Assembly: GCA_951406725.2 (NCBI GenBank)
Contig: OX597830.1
Coordinates: 39,370,001-39,434,000 of the forward strand
Origin: Octopus vulgaris
Taxonomy: Eukaryota
DNA length: 64,000 nucleotides
Reading direction: 5' to 3'
The number at the start of each line of letters is the position of its first letter. Position 1 is the stretch's first letter. Positions 13,767-27,450 of this stretch are shown here, piece by piece. The notes under the pieces are model-generated. The model saw only the letters and a program-made list of their open reading frames with translations, was not told where the DNA came from and did no database searches. The position numbers were made by a program, and so were the translations under genes.

Positions 13767-14074
13767 AAAGACCTACTAATAGTTACATGTTTTTAGAGAT
13801 ACAGTAAAATGGCAAATCTATATAACATGTTGATTCTACCTATAACGGAAGTGTAACATATGTACATATGTGGTGCCTGTAGAATATATATGTACACATG
13901 TACGTATGCATGCACGTACGCATGCATTAATGCACGTATGCATACATGTATGCATGAATGCATGTATACACATATGCATGCATGCACGCATGTAAATATG
14001 CATATATTCATCTTTATAAGCATTTGTTTCATTTATAAATAGTGAGTGGGTGTATGTGTATCCATATATTTCCA

Positions 14075-14245
14075 CTCTCCATCTATTTTCTCTCCTCACT
14101 CCTTTCTGTAGAAGCGCGTAGGCTCGAAAGGTTGAAAGACCCTTCCATTTCCCCTGAGCGTCAAATTAATACACGTTCTTTGTTGCTTGTTGCTCCCTCA
14201 CCTATATTTTGTTTTTTTATAATTTTTTTATACAATTTAAGCTGA
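14075..14245 (+). mobile_element. Penelope-like terminal fragment with decayed hammerhead
   Basis: cttt-CTGTAGA-a-gcgc-gtag-gctc-GAAAG-GTT-gaaag at 14102-14138; downstream ctgagcgtcaa..taatac is shared with the 665-852 and ~1100 fragments. Confidence 0.55.
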
Positions 14246-14264
14246 TATGTGTGTGTATGCACAA

Positions 14265-14326
<62 letters not shown>

Positions 14327-14493
14327 TATTATCAGAGTAACACACAAATGTTAATATTTTGAATGCATTTAACTACAAATGTTTCTAGTAGTTATGTAAG
14401 GTAAATGTAATGTTTAATTGAAAAAGATGGTATTATATAATAATTGTTTTACATAAATACCGGAAGCACAGACAGACAAACAGACAGACAGAC

Positions 14494-14547
<54 letters not shown>

Positions 14548-14940
14548 CCGGGACGTGCCGTCTAGGTAGGCAAGGTAGGCAGTGCCTACCTAGTATAAAA
14601 TAGATCGATACCAACATTTTCTTCTCATGGGAAAATATGCACCTAATTCAATAAAATCATGAAGGTTACTCTGATTACGATGCATAAAATGCAAAATATT
14701 TTATTTTTTTGTAGATTAGGTAGGCATAATTCACTCCTGCTTTTCAATCTCAGCATTTAAGCTATGTATAGTACTGGTGCTGCGTATATTTCTACAACAC
14801 CGCTTTCTTTACGTGCTATAAGGACAGAAATAGATCTGTCCTCAACTCGGTCACGCGTCTGTGTTTCGCTTATTTTTTGTGTTATACCACAAAAGGTCGC
14901 CAACGGCCTACCCTGAGTAATTACTGACGGCACGTGCCTG
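14548..14940. mobile_element. hAT-like MITE inserted in (GATA)n
   Basis: TIRs ccgggacgtgccgtc / gacggcacgtgcctg; subterminal gtaggc/gcctac repeats; 8-bp flanks atagatag identical (uninformative inside the repeat). Confidence 0.7.
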
Positions 14941-14962
14941 ATAGATAGAAAGACAGACAGAT

Positions 14963-15022
<60 letters not shown>

Positions 15023-15086
15023 GTAGGTAGGTAGGTAGGTAGGTAGGTAAGTAGATAGGTAGGTAGGTAGATAGGTAGGTAGATGT

Positions 15087-15126
<40 letters not shown>

Positions 15127-15191
15127 GTAGGTAGATAGGTAGGTAGATAGATAGATAGATAGATAGGTATGTAAGTACGTAGATAGATAGG

Positions 15192-15272
<81 letters not shown>
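14941..15272. repeat. (GATA)n/(GGTA)n compound microsatellite
   Basis: Direct reading. Confidence 0.97.
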
Positions 15273-15273
<1 letters not shown>

Positions 15274-15610
15274 TGCATAAACACATACATCATATATATA
15301 TGTATATGTAATTTTAATATGTTCGATCAAATTTTGTAGATAGCTCACATTTTTTTTTTTTTTTTTGCAATAAATTTCCCTCCGCTCTTGCCATTTAACC
15401 CCGTCATCAGTAGATGTTTAATTGTTTTTCTTAAAATTTATTGAAAATGGACACCACACCTAATAACATATATATATGTACGTGAAGGTAAGACATACAG
15501 CAAATCAGACATTTTCTGCGACAGAAAAAAGAATCTGAGAAAATTACGAATAAGGAAAGGGAATAAATATTGAAAGGCACGCAAAAGTTTGAGCTGCATG
15601 TGTGTGTATA

Positions 15611-15677
<67 letters not shown>

Positions 15678-15986
15678 GTATATATATATTAATGTTTGTC
15701 TTTTATGTCCAGTGATTTTACATTAATTTGATGGCTTACTCTATACTTTTGTATAGTACAAATTTATTTATTCTTCTACAAGAAAGTTTTGGATAGCAAC
15801 TTCGAAATTTCAGCCTGCTAAGCTATCGTCGGACGATGGCTTACCTGGCCTAAACTTCGAAGTCAGTCAACAACATTCTTATACACACACACACACTTCG
15901 GTCGCAACTGTTAGAGATTAATACGTACAAAGATTAAATCAATCACTTTTCTATGTTTCACCGCACCTAGGAGAATTGAGTGACCG

Positions 15987-16023
15987 CACTAGTTTCGACA
16001 TATGTTATGGCTTCATCAGAAAA
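15987..16023 (-). ncRNA. Hammerhead ribozyme core, probably inactive (GUG triplet, no stem I partner)
   Basis: Reverse complement: tttt-CTGATGA-a-gccata-aca-tatgtc-GAAAC-ta-GTG; palindromic stem III ACTAGT. Confidence 0.55.
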
Positions 16024-16813
16024 TATTTGCATATTTTCCAGAGCACTAACAGTAGCTACTGCTGTATTTTTATAGCGTACAATTGCTTGACTGGAACTCA
16101 AATGAACTGCATAAATTTGCATAACATTCATTGCAATCATTAGAAGCATTTTTCTATAGCAGAGATCCGAACATGTGTTTTTAAATGTACGTTTTTAGTC
16201 TCGCTGCGAAAACTATCCATGAATGTATATACGTTTATATGTGTCTATGAAAGCATTTTGCTACTGTTGTATTTGCATTCTTTTTCTCATATCCACTTGC
16301 TTTAGCAAACTTTGACAAGCTCCACATTTTTGTCATTTTAAGAAGATTTGTGTAGGGTTTCGTTTTTTATTTATTTTTCATTTTTTTATTTTGTTATCCC
16401 CAACGTTTCTACTATTGTTGTTGTTGTTATTGATGCTGTCGTTGTTATTATTGTTGTTTTTGTTCCGACTGTTGTTTATTTCAGCTGTTTCCAATTTTTG
16501 TTCTTCAATGTTGAAAAATGTATTATAAGATCAAAAAAAAAACCTGTCCAATAATTTATATAGAAAGATGGCATAAGATATACAATTCATGCACGCACAC
16601 GCACACACATATCTGTGTGTGTATATATGATGTAAATGCATATGCACAAAGGTAACTGTGAGCATATATATATATATACACATACATATATACACATACA
16701 TATATATAATGTATATGCATATGTACAGATGTACTTGTGAATATATATACATATATTTTGCATGGACATATATACATATACAGCTATATGTATATATACA
16801 CACACATATATAG

Positions 16814-16850
<37 letters not shown>

Positions 16851-17208
16851 TACAAACACATACATACACCTATATATATATATATTTACTGTATGTCTGC
16901 TTGTATGTATGTATGTATGTATGTATGTATGTATGTATGTTTGCACGTATGTATGCGCGTAAGCTTATTCTCTATATAAATATAGATAACGTGAACGTTT
17001 ATACGTATTGGTGAAATAGATATACATCTGAGTAGATCAGAAGATTAATTTTCTTTTTTTAGTCAAAAATATTTCAAATTTTTCCCCCGGGGGATGTACT
17101 GTTTAATCTGTTCTCCATTTACGTAACTGTGTGCAACATTCAACAGTACGTAGAAAGGATTTCAAGAAAAAATTCCCAATATTATTATTATTATTATCAT
17201 TATTATTG

Positions 17209-17257
<49 letters not shown>

Positions 17258-17301
17258 AAACATCATCATTATCATCATTATCATCATCATCATCATCTTT
17301 A

Positions 17302-17368
<67 letters not shown>

Positions 17369-17659
17369 CTATTTATTTATTTACTATTGTGTTTTTCTTT
17401 CTTTCTTTTAAGAATTGCAGTTATTTTAAGTTCTTTAAATGCAACATTTTTCCTCAAAAACAAAACTGAAAAGTAAGCTTATGTTGCTTACACGTCATTC
17501 TTGTATAAATATAGCCATACACGAACATACTGTCATGGAAAGAGACAAACATAGATCTTTGTATTAATTATAAATTGCTTGTATATAATCGAATATACAC
17601 TGTGTGTGTTTATGTATGTGTATATAGATAGATAGGTAGGTAGATTGATAGATAGATAA

Positions 17660-17693
<34 letters not shown>

Positions 17694-17741
17694 ATAGATA
17701 GAGAGAGATAGAGATATAGATATATAGATAGATATATAGAA

Positions 17742-17846
<105 letters not shown>

Positions 17847-17857
17847 AAGAAATAGAC

Positions 17858-17920
<63 letters not shown>

Positions 17921-17922
<2 letters not shown>

Positions 17923-19100
17923 TGTTTCTTTATTAGCCACACAGGGCTGCACACTGATAGAACAAATTACAAGGTAGAGCTTTTCTTTTGAAGGTTTAAA
18001 AAAAAAAAAAAAGGAAGATGGAGTTTCGATCAAAAGGGATCGTAAAAGGAGAGAAAGTGGACAAAAAAAAGGGGGGTTAAAAAAAAGGGGGAGAGGAAAA
18101 AAAAAATTGATGAATAGGGATCGTTATCACAGAAATGTCAATATGAAGTGTAAAGGGGAGGACAGGTGAGGTTTACCCGTGGAAAGAAAAGCCTACGGAA
18201 AAGACCACGGTAACCTCGGTTAATGGAGTCACATGTTATATTTCTTTTTTTTTTTTTTTTGCAAATAAGCAACTCTCTGTTTTCAATTTCTGGGTTCATA
18301 GGATCATGCTCAAGGTGGCTTCGTCATACATACGTGCCATTCTTGCTACATTCACCCATCTTTTTTTAAATCATTCGCTAGACAAAACTTGCCTCTCTAC
18401 TCTCACTTTCCTTTTCAAGTGGTACTTGAAGAAGTTGATGAGAGATTGACCAGAGAGGAAAGTGTTTGTCTCCAATCCTTTCAGACGCGTCCACCAGATA
18501 CATTCTTTCGCCATAGCCACAAGGATGATGAAAATAGCTCTTCCTTCCCGTTTGAAGGAGGGAGGCGTGACAATATTGACGATAGACTCAGCTGATAAAC
18601 CGACTCGTCCCACACGTGACAGCAGTTGTTCGACACAAGCCCACAGGTCGGAAATTGTTGGACACTGCACGAGTGCGTGCAGAACGGTTTCGTCGCTCTG
18701 ACCGCATCTCGGGCAGGTCGGCCTCGTGTTTCTCGAGCCGTGTCTGTAGAGCTTATCCCGAACGGGTAGCGCTTCTCGGTAGCACTGCCAGGCCAGGGAT
18801 CTCTGGAAGTTGTCCATGGGCCCTGGCCCGAAAGTCGTCCTGAACAGGCGGGTCAGGTACTCCTCGTCGACGTCCAGGTTCCACTAAACCCCTATAGAAT
18901 GCTTTGGTTGTGTTGAAGTCACTCAAGGTCGACCCAGGACGGCAGAGTTGCTTGAGAGCAACGCGACACTCGCGGTGCCATTCGCCCTTCTTCGGCCTCT
19001 TTTTGATCCACGACTGCAGTTCGGTCATGGAGACGAGCTGCGGGAAAGCGTGCCTCACAAACGGCGACCACACCTGTTCACCGTCGTCTACATAGAGCCA
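17921..19100 (-). mobile_element. L1/Tx1-clade LINE 3' fragment (zf-RVT domain + 3'UTR)
   Basis: ORF 18371-18817: LAWQCYREALPVRDKL...CPRCGQSDETVLHALVQCP (CCHC zf-RVT); 3'UTR ends ctaataaagaaac then (TATC)n; internal deletion near 18878. Confidence 0.85.
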
Positions 19101-19127
19101 GATAGATAGATGTATATGTCTAATATG

Positions 19128-19186
<59 letters not shown>

Positions 19187-19509
19187 TCATTTTAAGAGCG
19201 AAATGTTGAAGAGATTGCTAGACAAAGAGACAATTATATAAACACGCATATATTATAGAAATATAGAAATATATATGAATGTATATGTTGTATAGTTATA
19301 TATATACATGTGTGTATGTATGTGAGTGTGTGTCAATGAGCGTGAGAGAAAGGGGGTGAGAAAGAGGACAATAAGTATAAACACCTGTTTATATTATAAT
19401 TCCTACGCGGGTTTCTCCATCGCGGCTGTTTGGAATCCCACATTATGTGTTCCAAGTACATTTAGACGCTCAACCACAATGAATAATCGGGATACACTTC
19501 GTTGCATTA

Positions 19510-19910
19510 AGTTACATAAGCTTGCTTCCCAACTACAGGGTTTCGGGTTCAGTTTCTCTGCATGGCGGCACCTTCGTCAAGCGTATTTTAATATAGTCTC
19601 GGGCCGACCAAAGCCGTGTGAGTGGATTTGGTAGACAGAAGCTGAAAGAAGACCATGGTATATATGAATGTATGTGTTTATGTGTGTGTGTGTGTGTGTG
19701 TGTATGTGTTTGTCCCCTCACTATTAACAACTTATGCTGCTTTGTTTGTCTCCGTAACTTAGTGGTTCGGCAAAAGCCACCGATAGAATAAGTACTAGGC
19801 TTATTCTAGTACTTACAAAGAATAAGTCCTGGAGTCGATTCCTTCAACCAAAATCCTTTAAGGTGTTGCTCCAGCATGGCCAAGTAAAAAATTCAAAAGA
19901 ATAAAAGAAC
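19510..19910 (+). mobile_element. SINE family B, decayed
   Basis: gtggatttggtagac.gaa.ctgaaagaag, internal TG tract, gatagaataagtactaggctta, gtgctccagcatggcc-like tail. Confidence 0.85.
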
Positions 19911-19954
19911 ACACATACACATATATACATATATACATGCATACATATATATGT

Positions 19955-20013
<59 letters not shown>

Positions 20014-20129
20014 CGTGTATAATTATATAAATTATATTTAAGATTCAGTTGAATTAGGCACTAAAATTGAGGCACCTTGCCAGTTCAGTATAGTCTGCAC
20101 AACTCCCAATTAGGACAACAGAATATAAA

Positions 20130-20320
20130 TAAGTAACAAGGATGTGCAGGTGTCAATATATTACGGCCGTTTCAAGCGGCTCCATTTAATCGATCAATGA
20201 AAACATTACATCTGAATAGAGCACTTTATTTCAAATTGATGTAATGTTTTCATTGATCAATTAAATGGAGTCGCTTGAAACGGCCGTAATGTATTGATAC
20301 CTGTACATCCTTGTTACTTA
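20130..20320. repeat. Inverted repeat, ~83-bp arms, 25-bp spacer (probable PLE terminal palindrome)
   Basis: 20130-20212 is the reverse complement of 20238-20320 with a few transitions; arms contain GAAAC-ggcc-GTA; right arm ends at (TA)n. Confidence 0.85.
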
Positions 20321-20322
20321 CT

Positions 20323-20379
<57 letters not shown>

Positions 20380-20700
20380 CGAGACCCCCTTCGGTCACGA
20401 CACAGACCATGGGATTGCACCTAGAAAGTTACCCTCCCATGCACAAGGTTGTTTATAGAAGACCAGCAGTCGCCCATGCATACCAGCCTCCCTCTCCACG
20501 CCACTAGTGTTAATCAAGGGAAAGCAACAGCAGATACAGCTTGGCACCTGTGACGTCGCAACCCATTTCTACAGCTGAGTGAACTGGAGCAACGTGAAAT
20601 AAAGTGTTTTGCTCAAGAACACAACACGCAGCCCAGTCGAGATTCGAGCTCACAACCTCACGATCGTAAGCTCGACGCTCTAACCACTGAGCCATGCGCC
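20380..20700 (-). mobile_element. SINE family C (tRNA head, ttgtgttcttgagcaa core)
   Basis: Reverse complement starts ggcgcatggctcagtggttagagcg...gagctcgaatct; homologous to 34041-34290. Confidence 0.9.
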
Positions 20701-21162
<462 letters not shown>

Positions 21163-21526
21163 ATTGAGGCTCTTAGTGGGAATATTGATGACTTCGAACA
21201 GTTGACGGAATATCAGTCGATGGTTTTAAAGTATTTGAAATATGGAGAATCGGTCAATCCATCGTAAACTGGACTCATCTTCAATCCCAGACACTTTTCT
21301 GTCTGGAAGTGTGTTTAATATTTGCAGTAAAGTGTCTGACTAAATCCGAAATTGCTAGTTATATTATATCTCATGATGGCATTGAATAACCAATGAGATG
21401 GATGGCCGTCTTCTGTAAAGAGGTAGCAATCGCCATATGTCTATACATGTATTTAAATAATTAAAGAGATAACTTTCTTCTGTAATGAAGTAGCAACCAC
21501 CTTATATATATATATATATATATAGA

Positions 21527-21608
<82 letters not shown>

Positions 21609-21677
21609 TAACAGAATGAGATGAGATAAAAAAAAATCCAAGGCTGTGAAAGTTTTCAGAATATTTGTAAAGAGAAG

Positions 21678-21725
21678 ATCTTACAGCTGTTTCCGGGACA
21701 TTGTATATATCCCTTCATCAGAGAC
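21678..21725 (-). ncRNA. Minimal type I hammerhead ribozyme, intact core
   Basis: Reverse complement: gtct-CTGATGA-a-gggatat-ataca-atgtccc-g-GAAAC-agct-GTA-agat; stems I and II pair, palindromic stem III ACAGCTGT, GUA cleavage triplet. Confidence 0.8.
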
Positions 21726-22427
21726 AGTGCGAGAAAATGTTTAAGTAATAGTTATTAAAGAGAAGATACGAAATACAGAGTGAAGTGGAGGAATGAAAGC
21801 AGACGTGAGATACGTAAGAATATTATATCTGCAGTTCCATCATTTAAGCAGAATGGTGTATATATAAGTTTCCTGTACCTTGTTGTGTGAGTTCTAATGG
21901 GGTTTATAATTGGTCATTCCAAGCATAGAGTCTTGTAAATGGTTTTATGATCAAACTTCCTTTATATATGTATATATAGGAACACATGCACACACACACA
22001 AACACACATACTCACACTCATACACACACCTATATTTGGTTTGTGTGTGTGTACAAATGCATTTCACAAACTTATTCAAATATTTGCCTTTTACTTCTAA
22101 ATAACATTTCACTAATGAGATAACAGTGTCTTTGAAGCAGTTTGTCGGTGATTATTCAGATTATTATTCAAATTATTAAAAAATAAACAATAAATTTTAT
22201 TACATATAATCATATATAATTTTTAGTTTTATATTTTATAAAGTGAGAGAGCAGTATGAAACATTTATATGGATTCTCTTCTTGTAAAGTGTCGTCAAGG
22301 GACGATAATATTACATAAAAAACATCTTTGGCCAAGTTCAGGGGGAAATATTCTCATTCCTGCATGACGATTGCCGCTAATGAAGATTCTCTTAATCAAA
22401 TGTCACAGAAATTTGCCATACAGGAAA

Positions 22428-22810
22428 TATTGGTTTCAAATTTTGGCACACGGCCAGCAATTTCGAAGAAAGGGGTAAGCGTTCAACTACTACATATTTT
22501 ATCATCTCTGACAGGATGAAAGGCAAAGAGGACCTCGACAGAATTTGAACTCGGAATGTAAAGCATCTTGTCCCCCTGCATGCTAACCATTCTGCCAGTC
22601 CATGATATAGCTAATATTGGTTTCAAATTAAGGCAGAAGGCCAGCAATTTCGGAGAAGGGGTGAGTCGATTACATTGACTCCAGTGCTTAATTAATACTC
22701 AATTTATCGACCTCAAAGAATTAAAGATAAAGTCGACCTCAGCGCAATTTGAACTCGGAACTGAAAGACGTACGAAATGCCGCTAAGTGTTCTGCTCGGC
22801 GCGATAGCGA
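22428..22810 (-). mobile_element. Two decayed SINE family A copies
   Basis: tggtttcaaatt.ggca...ggccagcaatttcg tails and aaagtcgacctc.gcg.aatttgaactc cores. Confidence 0.8.
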
Positions 22811-23434
22811 TTATTTCTATTCTTCGCATTTGATATTAGCTGATATTAAAGTCTCGTTTTTGCATTTAGTTTGCAAGGTTCTTTACGTGAATTCGTGTGT
22901 TGAAGCATATTTCATTGTATCTGGGGAGAATCATTCCCTTTTAGTACCTTATTAATTTAACACACTCCCTAATTTCCACTCATTTACTGATTTAATTTTA
23001 CTAAGATTTTCGCTGCGACTAGCAACCTTTTCAGTAGTCGTTAACTCTTTCTCTGTCCGTTATCGGAATTGCGTTCTTTTTTCTCTGTACGCATGCGTGT
23101 GCGTCAGTGGGTGTGCTCATACACATATGTATGTATGTATGTGTATGCATTATGTGTGTATGCATATACATATGTATGCATGTGTGCACGTTTGTATGTA
23201 TGTATGTATATATGTATGCATCTATGTATGTACTCTGCATGTTTGTGTGCATCCTTGTATAAAATGTGCGTGTGTATATATGGTCATGTGTTTAAGCCTT
23301 CATTTGTATGTATGTATATATGTGTGTATGTGTGTGTTTGCGCCCGTCTATCAATAATACATACGTACCTATCTATCTGTATATCTACCTGTCCATATAC
23401 GTATCCATTTACCCACATATATATGCATATACAC

Positions 23435-23474
<40 letters not shown>

Positions 23475-23499
23475 ATTTTTTTTTTTTCAATGATAACGC

Positions 23500-23830
23500 C
23501 GAATTTTATAACTCTGCCTCTACAAACATCACTCCTTGATATTTTTCGGTCTTGTACCACGTGTTCACCCTGTTTGTTTTGTCACAAACTCTTTGTATCC
23601 TATTCCAATCTTTACTTCTATATCTTAGGTAGGTACCACTGGCTTCATTACTTATAATGCTAACCTCTTTCTAGCACCCCTGTACACCCGATTCCTATCT
23701 TCCTGATTGCATGCGGTGCATGAAGTTCTGTACATACTTCTTTGTTTCATAGGTTTCATATATGTCTGCAACCATTATGTTGATTTTCATGTTTTGTAAC
23801 AAAGCTGAGTTGTTGTGAACAACATATATG
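23500..23830 (-). mobile_element. Penelope-like RT fragment, same family as 1055-2560
   Basis: Aligns by eye with ~1358-1715 (cctctacaaacatcactccttgatattt...cacaaactctttgtatcctattcca...aaagctgagtt). Confidence 0.8.
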
Positions 23831-23932
23831 ATAAAATAATATAATCTAATAAATGTGTATGTCAGTGCCTCACACTTTTTCAACTTTACTCATAGAGGCC
23901 GTTAGCCCAACATATCATACCATTTTGGGATC

Positions 23933-24230
23933 AGGCTAACTCCGTGATTAAATTAAAAACATTTCGGGCCGAATCCAAACCCACAATCCTGAAATTCTGA
24001 ATTCCCAAGTTTTCATTACTGTGATTGTTTCCGGCTAGTTTTTTACGTGACTTTTAGAGACAAATTTTTTTTTCGTACGATAACAATTTTTATAATCTAA
24101 AGGCTAACTCCGTGAATAAATTGAAAATATTCCGGGCCCAATCTGGACCTGCAATCCTGAAATTTTGGATTCCTATGTTTTCACTACACCCATTGCTTTC
24201 GGCGATTTTTTTACATGATTTTTTGCGACG
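23933..24230. repeat. Diverged direct repeat, 168-bp period, ~1.8 units
   Basis: aggctaactccgtga.taaatt.aaaa at 23933 and 24101; caatcctgaaatt in both units. Confidence 0.8.
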
Positions 24231-24524
24231 AAGATATGACTCAGGAGGAAATAATTCCAACAAATTCTCCAAAATAATTTAGAGATCTGTTTGCAGATCT
24301 TCCCATTCAGGGTCAGTTACTAAAAAGCTATTTACTAGCTTAAAATCCGCCCTATCGAGTGGCTTTTGATCTAGTACATACATACAAACGTGCACACATG
24401 AATATTTATGAATACCTTGACAACTCAGCACCGTCCATTGAACGGGGAGGGGCGTTTTGCTCGTATACATACATATATATATATGCATATATACATACGA
24501 ATATGTACATACTTACATCTATAC

Positions 24525-24830
24525 ATATGGTTCGGGGTTCAGTCCCACAATGTGGTACCTTGGACAAGTGTCTTCTACTGTAGCCTCGGATCGGCCAAAA
24601 CCTTGTGATTTAGTAGACGGAAACTGAAAGAAGCTCATCGCATGTGTGTGTGTGTGTGTGAATTCGTGTGTTTGTATTTGTGTCTGTGTTTGTCCCTCAC
24701 CACCATTTGACAACCGATGTCGTTGTGTTTATATCCCAGTAAATTAGCGAGTTGGCAAAAGAGGCTGGCAGAATAAAATCTTTAGAAACAGATAAGTTCT
24801 TGCGTCAAAACAAGTAAAAGATAAAAGATA
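24525..24830 (+). mobile_element. SINE family B, decayed
   Basis: gggttcagtcccac...gtagacggaaactgaaagaag...aaacaagtaaaag. Confidence 0.85.
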
Positions 24831-25279
24831 CGCAAAAATAACAAATCAACCTTCACCATCACTATATCGTCAACACCAAACCCAATACAACCATATTATC
24901 AACCCAACAACTTTTTAGTGACCAACAGCAACAACACCAATGTGTGAAATAGATAAGCAATTCCATCTACAAAAAAAAACAATAAAATTACATAAGATAA
25001 TGTGTTACTCTAATGTGCATTAAATATTGAATGAAATGTCTTTGATCTTAGATCGATGAGGATTATCTTGAGACTAAACATCAACAATACAATTACCAAG
25101 AATAACAATACCACAGCCGCCACCAACAATGACTCCACCGTCACCAACACCAAAACTAATATAAGCTACACGACCACCACTACTTTTGACTAACCACTTG
25201 ATAACAACAATAAAAGTAACCGCAAAACACCAATGTCTGTACCTGTATGTGTGTATGCACGCTTGTGCGAGTATGCCTC

Positions 25280-25323
<44 letters not shown>

Positions 25324-25331
25324 CGTGTGTG

Positions 25332-25461
<130 letters not shown>

Positions 25462-25734
25462 TGGAGTGTAGGGTTTCATGGTTGAAAGTCAGAGGTGCAA
25501 GGGGCGAGTGACCATGAAACTGGTAAACCATCAACTAACTGTAATCTTACAGTATTTCTGCCTGCATTATCCCTCCAGTTTTTCATCTCATTTCCGTTCT
25601 TGCGTCCATAAGGAATAAAGCAATTTTATTGTCCTTAAAAATTAGTGGTTTCCTTTATGGCATGTTACTGCTACATATATGTTGTGAATAACTACTGCAC
25701 TATTGCTGTTGGCTTTAGCTATAATTCAAGATAT

Positions 25735-26200
25735 ATGGAAGAAACCACCAAGTAGAGCTGAAGATAGAGCAAAAGGCGGCCATAATGGGATTACACTAGA
25801 TATAAAGTTCCATGTTTTAAAAAAAGCTTGTTGCGGGAGAAAAAAAGGCAGTCTCAAGCCAATAAGTAAAAGCTTGCAATGTAAACAGTGAACACAATAC
25901 ATGGCAATACAGAGAAAAATTAAGTCAAATGTACAATTAGCTGCCTGGATCGCATTTTTTCATAGATCTAATGGGATGCTTAAAATGAAACGGCGCTTAG
26001 GTGTGTGGATTGAGAATCAGATTCGATTCATTTAACGATAAGCATGACGGAAACCAAGAATACAATTTGTATCCCGATTTACAGATAAAGGAAGGTGACA
26101 CTTCTAATGAAATCCCCTTCCGGTTAGGAAAGGCTTTTGAAAGGTTTATAGTTTAAGAAGCTATTGAATGTTCACAACATAATAATGACTGGTATCATTT
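25735..26200 (+). pseudogene. Tigger/pogo (CENP-B-like) transposase N-terminal remnant
   Basis: Frameshifted blocks ITLDIKFHVLKK, MKRRLGVWIENQI, LYPDLQIKEGDTSNEIPF and FERF in the expected order of the HTH_psq and CENP-B HTH domains. Confidence 0.7.
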
Positions 26201-26869
26201 CCAGTACAAAAGCGGATATTAATTATCTTGGGTAAATGAAAAAAAGTGATTGTTGAAGACACCAGACTAAGTGTAAAATGTTAGTGAAACTGCACTGCAG
26301 AAGGCCATACCTGCTAGAATTTATTTCTGCTAGGAGAAAATTAACACCAATGTTTAAAACTTTCAAAAATTGTTTCACGCTTCTTCTGAGAGGAAATTCC
26401 ACAGGTGACATGAAATTAAAGTTTCGACTCGTGTATCTCTAAAGGCTTTCTAGAGTAACGCATAGTTAAATTTGCTTCTGATTTAATGTTCAAATAAGAG
26501 GACCTTCTGATTTCATGTTCAAATAAGAGGACCTTTTTCGATGATTGGTTTACTAACATATTTATACAGATATAAAATTTCTAACTAAGTATAGATCGCT
26601 TAAAACAGTACACAGAGCCAGGACAAATTACATGAACGTTCAAATAATGTGAGAGTCGAATATTTCACACAAAAGTGCGACTCCTTTGCTCCAGCCAACA
26701 GCTCAAGATGTAATACCTAACTTTGAGTCTTATTATCTGAGAAGAGTACACACACGCACACATACGCACGCACGCACACACACACACACACACACATATT
26801 GTGTCCTGAAGATTATTTAATCTTCAGGGCACAAATAAACACAATCGATAAAAGAAGTCGTGTTGCCAC

Positions 26870-26904
26870 CTTCTTCTTCTTCTTCTTCTTCTTCTTCTTC
26901 TTCT

Positions 26905-26951
<47 letters not shown>

Positions 26952-27000
26952 TTCTTCTTCTTCTTCTTCTTCTGCTTCTTCTTCTCCTTCTTCTTCTTCA
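26870..27000. repeat. (CTT)n microsatellite
   Basis: Direct reading. Confidence 0.97.
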
Positions 27001-27192
27001 ATCTCCTCGTCATCCTCTTTCACCTTGTCCTCCTCTTTCTAACTCTGTCGGATTTTGTCAATTTATAACATAAAAAATCAATGGAAAGTTAGTTCTGCGC
27101 TGCGGATTTTCGTGTTATGACAAGTTTCTCGCGAGACAACTACTCACGAAACATGAGGAATCATGTATAAAAATACTAAGGTACATACATAC

Positions 27193-27269
<77 letters not shown>

Positions 27270-27450
27270 CGTGTGTATGTGTGAGCGTGTGTATGTGTGA
27301 GCGTGCGTGTGTTTGCGTGTGTCTGTCTGTGCGTTTTTACGTTTCTGATTGTCCCCCACTGCTTGCCAACCGGTGTTGGTTTGTTTAGATGCCTGTAAAT
27401 TAGCGACTCAGCATAAGAGAATAAGCATCAGGCTTTATAAAAAATAATGT

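Noticed and set aside
15845-15907. 63-nt minus-strand exon (ctaacAG ... CAG|GTAAG)
   Set aside because: Good-looking splice sites but stops in all three frames and an internal TG repeat; unsupported without RNA data.
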